32,000 nt of DNA from Bdellovibrionales bacterium (GTDB taxonomy: Bacteria > Bdellovibrionota > Bdellovibrionia > Bdellovibrionales > UBA1609), in contig OZ252021.1 in assembly GCA_965247685.1 (NCBI GenBank), positions 120,001 to 152,000 on the forward strand. Reading direction: 5' to 3'. Both the position numbers and the translations under genes were made by a program. The notes under the pieces were generated by a model. That model was not told the origin of the DNA. It did not search any database and saw only the letters and a program-made list of their open reading frames with translations. Positions 8,901-18,495 of the stretch are shown piece by piece (the first letter of the stretch is position 1; the number at the start of each line of letters is the position of its first letter).

Positions 8901-9825
8901 TGTAGATACAATGGCTCACATTGGCTACGGTGAACAGCTTTCTTCGCATCCTAAATTATCTATGTTAAATAAATTAATCAAAACGCTTCCTGCCCGTAGA
9001 GAACCATCTTCAAAAGAGCCAGGTCATATATATCAATTTTTTAAAGATATAGAAGCTATACGCAAACACTCTGATTCTCCATTTTTAATTAATTATGCTC
9101 ATGCAACAGCAAGTAGGATAAATTTATATAGAGATGAATCCAATCAGGTATCTCCTTTAACCTTTATTAATCCTATTTTATTCACTGGATGTGAGACAGA
9201 AGATTTTAGGGTGAAATCTACTATATTTAACACTCACAGTATAATGAATTTATTAAATTCTTCATCACAAAAAATAGAGAAGAAATTTTCCCATTATATG
9301 AAAAAAGAAAAGTCTCCACAATTTACTTCCTCAGATGAGTTGATTGAATTTTTACAAACAATATTAGAAGAAGCTGTTGAAAATAAGAAGCCATTTGATG
9401 TATTCACATATATGAAGGAGCAGAATTTACACTTTCTTCTAGACTTAAATAAACAAAACAGTAATCAAAGGCGGATCAAACCTTTTTGTAGTCTATCTTT
9501 TGTAGAACTGTCATCACAAAAATCACAAAAATATATCTATCACTCTTTTATGAAAATTATTCATCCTGTTGTACAAATGTCTTTTAAAGAGTGGCAGAGG
9601 AACAGAACATTCGGGGTCGGCGATTGGGAACAACAAGTTATGGAACATTGGGCATTAAAAGAAGGAATTTCAGTGCCATCAATGTTTTATCTCCCTTTAC
9701 CCTCTGAAGATTTGTGGAAAAATCAACCAATAGGATTAGGGATTCCTGAATTGCGCCGTCAAGCTCTTTTTAAAGCAGGGTTTTACGAACACCTTAAACC
9801 TAAATATTGTTCATTAGTACAATAG
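5932..9825 (+). CDS. Large orphan protein (1297 aa), probably secreted or membrane-associated
   Basis: Uninterrupted 3.9-kb ORF. Signal-like segment KKILYLIILLSIHSVSA-RPD. Long hydrophobic stretch around GIIAVAGATKAVGQVLG...GAVDPTGITAIAIGLSALLRII. Heptad-like charged regions, a 13-aa tandem repeat and a Gly-rich GPDGGYGGGPGPEGGY patch. I recognise no catalytic motif. Confidence 0.8.
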   Translation: MLCKNLQQILKVGISLNFQKRIFEYKKILYLIILLSIHSVSARPDPGMDGCFPPYCIQNPSIIPKGKSNEEILNPPLNVKYKPQAFQIRGQVLQMVIMQEFLKDPNTYLAFAFAARGKYSRFENVQKNFGFKKILDLGRNVNVKLKFPWSQWVEVSIDIPLKSQTNRIVFTNVQQDLENFKRVTHATAQVLMECKDNMQNCPIFRNLFKEINDPHELQELQEGWSKAIAFANKNGINVFQNNTIEDLQFMYPLESNLVQTLNNSEDIKKQTEAFKDFIVLQEEDRVAHIQANDPFYTGKDATTLHLQNKWNEYQTQLEQIKQQQLIPNQTTEELVHLSNEETRTSKALERIDTAKKLYKNEQLSNGIIAVAGATKAVGQVLGVPKEIIQLADIVIIKTQIISTVNKMIISGAVDPTGITAIAIGLSALLRIISNTPSPEQLMKEVFDDIQKKLETVLVNQEQILAELEYMKDLMQKNHREIIDNLGVIQKRLHQIETSMQFNFEAVFKEFDTQTFKEIMGRAYGLRTNLSKPIHQQQVCLEKDENNQCVMLYNPSFEDIRESGRLLGEIYKNWENISQMDIEKDFSKLSKEDIEKYIENPSIEARLPFLSSMVHWLNSAEDRLNTLSVGRKIRTQIPSDLIFGKNIPEPPKEIALPSYQDKILSEYIELASLLPPESDDLGGMTHDDHVDKMCQRLSSIESLSKTMRENLQKAWATYYFYSITIYNNVVNYFDDLPRKELKLKANKSKKELRNEKDAHESKEELRNEKDAHEKDALEKIPLKSFISTANRVYFHEHPSHQHPKPPNISRYFSNFSSILNDVLDDMLNNTMSDRDMYIHGYIKQVPYRERKCIRQIMVQKKIEVPQDKILLPPPCKDFTLGDLIMSRGSGPDGGYGGGPGPEGGYVSSPKCRKTITLQHIFAPRTRWKSHCYEWEKVGTGPIKYRIENDRESFKKAQIEEWRWVPTYIYTHIIKELDKKDLIAEWMRAKLAVDTMAHIGYGEQLSSHPKLSMLNKLIKTLPARREPSSKEPGHIYQFFKDIEAIRKHSDSPFLINYAHATASRINLYRDESNQVSPLTFINPILFTGCETEDFRVKSTIFNTHSIMNLLNSSSQKIEKKFSHYMKKEKSPQFTSSDELIEFLQTILEEAVENKKPFDVFTYMKEQNLHFLLDLNKQNSNQRRIKPFCSLSFVELSSQKSQKYIYHSFMKIIHPVVQMSFKEWQRNRTFGVGDWEQQVMEHWALKEGISVPSMFYLPLPSEDLWKNQPIGLGIPELRRQALFKAGFYEHLKPKYCSLVQ
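8179..8262 (+). repeat. In-frame 39-nt tandem repeat (2 units plus a partial unit) inside the 1297-aa ORF
   Basis: gagcttcgaaatgaga[a/g]gatgctcatgag occurs at 8179 and 8218, then a partial aaggatgctcttgaa. It encodes ELRNEKDAHE(SKE)ELRNEKDAHEKDALE. Confidence 0.85.
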
Positions 9826-10087
9826 GAAGGATATCTGTAATAGATTTAATTTCAAGAATATCTGATAAATTGAAAATTCCAATTTTATAATAAATTAAAA
9901 TTTAAAAGTAAGTCATATAAACTGAAAACCCATATGGCTTACACAAAGAAATTATACTTATCTATTTGGTCATCAATAAACTTATTTTTAGATTTTTTTA
10001 AAAACTTATCCATCATCATCGTCTTTGCTATTCTGAGATACCACAGAACTATCATCTGAAACTTTCTCTTCTTCAAGGGTAGGCATT

Positions 10088-10238
10088 CACTTCTGCAAAG
10101 GCTGTTGGAGTCTTAGGTTTTACCTCAACCTTTACTATCTCTGAAGGAGGCTGACTTTTCAGATCTTTTCTTACTGGTTCTCTAGAAAAGACTTTATTTC
10201 TAATACTGAAAACTAATTTTTAATCCTTTAAATATCAT
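10088..10238 (-). pseudogene. Decayed 5' relic of an ankyrin-family paralog
   Basis: The minus strand from the ATG at 10236-10238 reads MIFKGLKISFQY then a stop. An internal deletion joins it to ...RNKVFS...KPKTPTAFAE, matching residues ~46-73 of the intact paralogs. Homology then ends. Confidence 0.75.
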
Positions 10239-10306
10239 CCCATTAAATCCTCTAATGCATTATTAAAGGTTTTTATAATTGTTAAAGACGAGCTATATGA
10301 AAAAAA
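10239..10306. repeat. Inter-paralog spacer repeat, copy 4 (short, with internal deletions)
   Basis: cccattaaatcctctaatgcattattaaa..ggtttttataattgttaaa..gacgagctatatgaaaaaaa matches copies 1-3 apart from two deletions. Confidence 0.7.
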
Positions 10307-10623
10307 GCGTTTTAAAAATAAAGTATTTTTCAACAGTTTTTTATTAATTTCTTAAAAAGAATTCATCTCTATTTTTTGAACATAATTATTATACTACTTC
10401 ATTTTTCATCAAGGTATTTCTTTTATTGTAAATTTCACACACTTTCAACAGTCAATAAAGCTTTTATGTAAAAAGTATAATTGACTCTAAGGATTTTCCG
10501 AATTAAGAATCAAGGAGGGGCTAGTGTGGTTGAAAGTTGAGCAGAGAACTTCAAATCTACGTACATTGACTCTATTTCAGTCACGGCAACAATAAGAAAA
10601 CTGTATTCTATAGTAGAAAGAAA

Positions 10624-11781
10624 ATGAGAAAATTCTTAAAAAAATATATTTACATAATCATTTTTATGAGCATCTCTTACGCTTTTTCAAACGAAGAATA
10701 TATTAGTTATCCAGAACTGACAAAATTTGTGCAAGATCTTAACATAAAAACTAAACCAGATTATGTAAAATTTTTTCTAGAAAATGGAAAGGAGTTAGGC
10801 CTTCCTCCTCTCAACCAAATTCCACGTATATATTCCGAAAACTGGAGAAGCTGGCATGAATTCTTTGGATTGTCAGAAAAAAAATATAACAAACATATTC
10901 AAGATCTTTCAAACAGTGATCAACCTTCAAAACAAAACTTTTCTACTATTGATGAAATAATAGAACAGACAACAGCTCAGCTTGATGAAGAAGGGACAAC
11001 TCAGCCAAAACTTCAGAAACCTTCGGAATCCATAAAAACACCAACTAAAGAAAATCCCAATTATCAAATCAAAAGAAGAAAAAATTTTCTCACTTATGAA
11101 GAACTTAAAAAGCTTATTCGATCTCAGGGAGATATTAGAACTGGAAAAACCTATCATGAATGGCGTAAACAAAATCAAGGAATAGCTCCGGCTAATCCAA
11201 GTAAATTCTACCTTCAATGGAAAGGGTGGAAAGAATTCTTAGGTGATCAATTCAGACATCTCTCTTATAAAAGATTAATGGAAGAAGTACGAAAACGAGA
11301 TATCCAAACTGCTATGCAATACAAATATAATTACAAAGATATTAAAGGAGCTCCTTCCAACCCTGAGCGATTTTATCCTGAATGGATAAGTTGGAGAGAT
11401 TTCCATGGTACTCAAATCTCACGTCCCACTTATAAAGAATTAAAAGAAGGAGTACAAAGACTAAACTTTCAATCGATGGAAGAGTATCAAGAAAGACGCA
11501 AAGAAATTCATCCAGGGGCTCCTTCCCGCCCTGATACAATTTATCCTGAATGGGAGGGTTCGAAAATTTTCTTTAATATTCAAATCTCACGTCCCACTTA
11601 TAAAGAATTAAAAGAAGGAGTACAAAGACTAAACTTTCAATCGGTGACAGAGTACAGAAGAAGACGCAAAGAAATTCATAAAGGAGCTCCTTACAACCCT
11701 AATCAGTTTTATCCTGACGAATGGGAAGGATGGAATATTTTTTTAAATAAATCAAAATGCGAGCAGGTATTTAATCAATAG
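10624..11781 (+). CDS. Secreted repeat protein (385 aa): Sec-type signal peptide plus 5 copies of a ~55-aa Trp/Pro-rich module
   Basis: N-terminus MRKFLKKYIYIIIFMSISYAFS-NEE. The module is repeated, e.g. ISRPTYKELKEGVQRLNFQS-EY--RRKEIH-GAP--P---YP-EWEGW-IF. Near-identical 168-nt DNA repeats start at 11413 and 11581. Confidence 0.85.
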   Translation: MRKFLKKYIYIIIFMSISYAFSNEEYISYPELTKFVQDLNIKTKPDYVKFFLENGKELGLPPLNQIPRIYSENWRSWHEFFGLSEKKYNKHIQDLSNSDQPSKQNFSTIDEIIEQTTAQLDEEGTTQPKLQKPSESIKTPTKENPNYQIKRRKNFLTYEELKKLIRSQGDIRTGKTYHEWRKQNQGIAPANPSKFYLQWKGWKEFLGDQFRHLSYKRLMEEVRKRDIQTAMQYKYNYKDIKGAPSNPERFYPEWISWRDFHGTQISRPTYKELKEGVQRLNFQSMEEYQERRKEIHPGAPSRPDTIYPEWEGSKIFFNIQISRPTYKELKEGVQRLNFQSVTEYRRRRKEIHKGAPYNPNQFYPDEWEGWNIFLNKSKCEQVFNQ

Positions 11782-11816
11782 AAAGAAAATCAGAAACCCT
11801 GTATTTTGTAATAAAA

Positions 11817-11955
11817 ATGAGAAATTTCTTAAAAAAATATATTTACATAATCATTTTTATAGGCATCCCCTACGCTTTTTCAGACGAAGAACCTATTGTT
11901 TTTAGTTATTTAGAACTGCAAAAATCAGTGCAAGATTTGAGCACAAAAACTAAAA
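11817..11955 (+). pseudogene. 5' stub of a third paralog of the secreted repeat-protein family
   Basis: MRNFLKKYIYIIIFIGIPYAFSDEE...LQKSVQDLSTKTK parallels the first ~45 codons of 10624.. and 12289... Homology ends at ~11955 and the next duplication unit begins at 11996. Confidence 0.7.
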
Positions 11956-11995
11956 CATCATCTTTTTTTCTTTTAACATTCTTTCGAATTGAACT

Positions 11996-13362
11996 AACAG
12001 TTTTTTATTAATTTCTTAAAAAGAATTCATCTCTATTTTTTGAACATAATTATTATACTGCTTCATTTTTCATCAAAGTATTTCTTTTATTGTAAATTAT
12101 CACACGCTTTCAACAGTCAATAAAGCTTTTATGTAAAAAGTATAATTGACTCTAAGGATTTTCCGAATTAAGAATCAAGGAGGGGCTAGTGTGGTTGAAA
12201 GTTGAGCAGAGAACTTCAAATCTACGTACATTGACTCTATTTCAGTCACGGCAACAATAAGAAAACTGTATTCTATAGTAGAAGGAAAATGAGAAAATTC
12301 TTAAAAAAATATATTTACATAATCATTTTTATGAGCATCTCTTACGCTTTTTCAGACGAAGAATATATTAGTTATCCAGAACTGACAAAACTTGTGCAAG
12401 GTCTTCACATGACAACTAAACCAGATTATGTAAAATTTTTTCGAGAAAATGGAAAGGAGTTAGACCTTCCTCCTTTCAACCAAATTCCACGTATATATTC
12501 CGAAAACTGGGGAAGCTGGTATGAATTCTTTGGATTGTCAGAAAAAGAATATAACAAACACATTCAAGATCTTTCAAACAGTGATCAACCTTCAAAACAA
12601 AACTTTTCTACTGTTGATGAAACAATAGAACAGATAACAGCTCAGCTTGATGAAGAAGGGATAGCTCAGCCAAAACCTCAGAAACCTTCGGAATCTATAA
12701 AAACACCAACTAAAGAACATCCTAATTATCGAACCCCAAAAAAAAAAGAAATAAAAATAAATAAGGGAATAAGAAATTTTCTCACTTATGAAGAAGCAAA
12801 AGCAAGAACACAAGAACTAGGTATTCCATCAGGGAGAGTTTACAAAAAGAGATATTCAGAAATTGACGGAGCACCTTCTAACCCTGATAGAACTTATCGT
12901 AAAGAATGGAAAGGTTGGAGAGATTTCCATGGTACTCAAATCTCACGTCCCACTTATAAAGAATTAAAAGAAGGAGTACAAAGACTAAACTTTCAATCGA
13001 GGGTAGAGTATCAAGAAAGACGCAAAGAAATTCATCCAGGGGCTCCTGCTCATCCTGAGACATTTTATCCTGATGAATGGGAAGGTTGGGGAATTTTCTT
13101 TAATATTCAAATCTCACGTCCCACTTATAAAGAATTAAAAGAAGGAGCACAAAGACTAAACTTTAAATCGATGAAAGAGTATCGAGAAGGACGCGAAAAA
13201 ATTCATCCAGGGGCTCCTGCCAACCCTGATCGATTTTACGCTGAATGGGAGGGTGCGGTAATTTTTTTAAATAAATCAAAATGCGAGCAGGTACTTAATC
13301 AATAGAAAGAAAATCAGAAACCCTGTATTTTGTAATAAAAATGAGAAATTTCTCAAAAAAAT
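11996..13362 (+). repeat. Tandem segmental duplication, unit 2
   Basis: See unit 1. It ends in a ~22-nt remnant of yet another paralog start (atgagaaatttctcaaaaaaa at 13341). Confidence 0.85.
12289..13305 (+). CDS. Secreted repeat protein paralog (338 aa): signal peptide plus 4 copies of the ~55-aa module
   Basis: N-terminus MRKFLKKYIYIIIFMSISYAFS-DEE, with GAAGGA before the ATG. Module DNA repeats start at 12937 and 13108 (171-nt period). Confidence 0.85.
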   Translation: MRKFLKKYIYIIIFMSISYAFSDEEYISYPELTKLVQGLHMTTKPDYVKFFRENGKELDLPPFNQIPRIYSENWGSWYEFFGLSEKEYNKHIQDLSNSDQPSKQNFSTVDETIEQITAQLDEEGIAQPKPQKPSESIKTPTKEHPNYRTPKKKEIKINKGIRNFLTYEEAKARTQELGIPSGRVYKKRYSEIDGAPSNPDRTYRKEWKGWRDFHGTQISRPTYKELKEGVQRLNFQSRVEYQERRKEIHPGAPAHPETFYPDEWEGWGIFFNIQISRPTYKELKEGAQRLNFKSMKEYREGREKIHPGAPANPDRFYAEWEGAVIFLNKSKCEQVLNQ

Positions 13363-13424
13363 AAGTAGTCACATCAAGCCTACAAGTAAAAGAGATTAAA
13401 AACTAATGCAAACTTCCATTATAA

Positions 13425-13808
13425 ATGTTAAATAAGCCTTATGAAAAAAAGATTCCTTTAAACCTTATCATCATAATTCCAAGCTTTTCACTTCTTTTAA
13501 TTAAGTCCTTAAAAACACCTATACTCATTCACTTTACTGTAGCCGGCAATATTATTATGTTTTCATCTGCTTATGTTTTTTTACATTTTGAAAAAAACCT
13601 AAACCCCAAAGTACAAAATTATGGAGATGCTCTCTGGTGGGCTCTTTGCACGATCTCAACTGTTGGTTATGGAAATATCTACCTTATCACTGGAGCAGGT
13701 CGATTGACTGGAGCTTTTCTTATTATTGTTGGAGTTATGTTTTTTCTGGGATTTACTGCTTCTATTGTATCTATTATTTTATCTTACATTTCTTCAGAGA
13801 AAGAGTAA
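13425..13808 (+). CDS. Small potassium channel (127 aa), pore-only architecture
   Basis: K+ selectivity filter TISTVGYGN preceded by the pore-helix-like YGDALWWAL. Flanking hydrophobic helices. No RCK/TrkA or voltage-sensor region. Confidence 0.8.
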   Translation: MLNKPYEKKIPLNLIIIIPSFSLLLIKSLKTPILIHFTVAGNIIMFSSAYVFLHFEKNLNPKVQNYGDALWWALCTISTVGYGNIYLITGAGRLTGAFLIIVGVMFFLGFTASIVSIILSYISSEKE

Positions 13809-14078
13809 TCCTCACAATAACCGCCTTTGAATTCATTACAGCTCATGTTTCACACAATTTCTGCCACACAGGAAATCTTCGTTTTTTTGTTCATTCCTTA
13901 TTTTCCTCCTTTAAATAAAGGATTCTATATCTAAAGAAAGAAGCATTTTCCTGTATCTCAAGAAATGTGAATTTAGATTTAATTGAAGACAAGATAAATT
14001 TTATATGTTATTGTTAATGCTTATTAGAAATAAATCCCTTAAGCCACCATAAGCTTTTTATTGAGTTGAGGTAAATAT

Positions 14079-14543
14079 ATGGATAAGAGTAAAAAAGAAA
14101 TGACGAACAGTCATTTTAATATGTGGAGATTGGTGGTCAATGCCGTTCATGCTGATCAGAGAATTGATAAAGCAGAACTGGAAATGATTAAAAAATATTT
14201 AACAGAACTTGATTTTAACGAAGAACAATTAACTATTTTGAAAAAAGAATTACATCAACCAGCCTCAATAGATGAAATATTACCCGCAATCACAGATCCA
14301 GCAGATCGTAGTCAAAGTGTGTATTTTATTCGTCTTCTATTTTGGAAAGATCAAATATTGACTTCTTCAGAAGAGGCTGTCTTGAAAAAAGTGCAGGATC
14401 ACTTTGCTCAATTTATAAATATGGATGAAATAAAAAAAGAAATGCTGGAATTAAAAAAAGAAGAAGAAAGTAAAAGTATTTTTGATTCTATGCCAGACAC
14501 ACCAGTTTTAAGACTTTTGAAAAAGATATCTAAATTGTTCTAA
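14079..14543 (+). CDS. TerB-like / DjlA-N-like small protein (154 aa)
   Basis: GAGG lies 8 nt before the ATG. The helical pattern VVNAVHADQRIDKAELEMIKKYL resembles the TerB-family xADGxxxxxE motif. Assignment is by motif resemblance only. Confidence 0.45.
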   Translation: MDKSKKEMTNSHFNMWRLVVNAVHADQRIDKAELEMIKKYLTELDFNEEQLTILKKELHQPASIDEILPAITDPADRSQSVYFIRLLFWKDQILTSSEEAVLKKVQDHFAQFINMDEIKKEMLELKKEEESKSIFDSMPDTPVLRLLKKISKLF

Positions 14544-14960
14544 AACTTACTTTCATTCTTTTCTTTGTTTTAGATGATTCTTCCACATATTCTTCTCGCT
14601 TGGAGGTTTCTAATCAAAATAGAATCCAAGAAACCTAAACTCTTATCCTAAAAATTATTATACTTATGTTAGATCATTGATTAACTTGAATAAAAGGTAG
14701 TATTTCCAAATAAATATATACCTCATCACAGAATTAATATCTTTTTATTGTATTTAAAACCTTCACACAGTTCTTAAAACGATTGAATTTAAGACTTCTC
14801 CTATCCATAATGAGATTAAAAATATTTCCTCATACTTACTGACACTAATTTTGATTCTTTTTTTTTAAAGAAGAGTGTCTCACCATAACAAGGAATATAT
14901 GATACGCACCTCATGAAAAAAAAATACTTCTTTTGAGTGAAAACGATTTGTTTTTGAAAT

Positions 14961-14988
14961 AAAAAAAGGCGGTGAAAAAATCACCGCC
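14961..14988 (-). terminator. Rho-independent terminator of the 23S-5S unit
   Basis: The minus strand reads GGCGGTGA-TTTTT-TCACCGCC followed by TTTTTTT, about 12 nt after the 5S 3' end. Confidence 0.85.
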
Positions 14989-15000
14989 TTCTTAATTAAA

Positions 15001-15114
<114 letters not shown>

Positions 15115-15164
15115 AAAGGCGTGTTTCTGTTAAAAGCAAAAATCAAAAAAGGTGGGTATGATTT

Positions 15165-18155
<2,991 letters not shown>

Positions 18156-18372
18156 AAATCATACCCGTAAAAAATTACATTTTTACTTACATTTTACTTA
18201 CATTTGATTAATTATATTTGATTAATTACATACTTTTTATTAATTACATATTTATTTGAGATTTACTTGTAGTCATTGATCCATATAGTAGATCAACAAC
18301 CAAGTAACAGAAAAACACCTATTCAATTATCAAAGAACTAGACCTATTTTTGCTCAAAATAGGGGATTCAAC

Positions 18373-18400
18373 ACTATATCTGAGACCTACTCCGAGTCAA
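18373..18400 (-). promoter_or_regulatory. Candidate sigma-70 promoter for the 23S-5S unit
   Basis: The minus strand reads TTGACT (18395-18400), a 16-nt spacer, then TATAGT (18373-18378). An A/T-rich UP-like tract aaaataaatattttactatc precedes it. It lies ~210 nt upstream of the mature 23S 5' end. Confidence 0.5.
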
Positions 18401-18495
18401 GATAGTAAAATATTTATTTTTTTCAAAGTTTCAGGCCCAGCACAATAGGAACAGGTTATTTATTAGAGCTGTTTTTAAAGAGTTTTGCTGGAAGC

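Larger units (their letters stand above)
10332..11995 (+). repeat. Tandem segmental duplication, unit 1 (leader, gene, and 5' stub of the next paralog)
   Basis: 10332-10623 is near-identical to 11996-12288. 11779-~11840 is near-identical to 13303-~13362. Confidence 0.85.

Noticed and set aside
10624-13305. Reading the integrase-repeat-like module as evidence of a phage or integrative element
   Set aside because: The label is only a database name for the module. There is no recombinase catalytic domain, att-like flank, tRNA target or phage gene here. The products carry secretion signals.
514-13362. Periodic repeats as a possible CRISPR array (99-nt units at 514-963; 168/171-nt units at 11413-11750 and 12937-13280)
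   Set aside because: The repeats are in-frame coding modules inside long ORFs. They have no unique spacers of CRISPR size and no cas genes.
14590-14640. Hairpin-capable sequence cttggaggtttct...agaaacct downstream of the TerB-like gene as a terminator
   Set aside because: There are two alternative short stems and no following T-tract, which is too weak to call. The same applies to the 6-bp stem at 24392-24410 after fumC and the imperfect stem with T-run at ~13860-13890 after the K+ channel.
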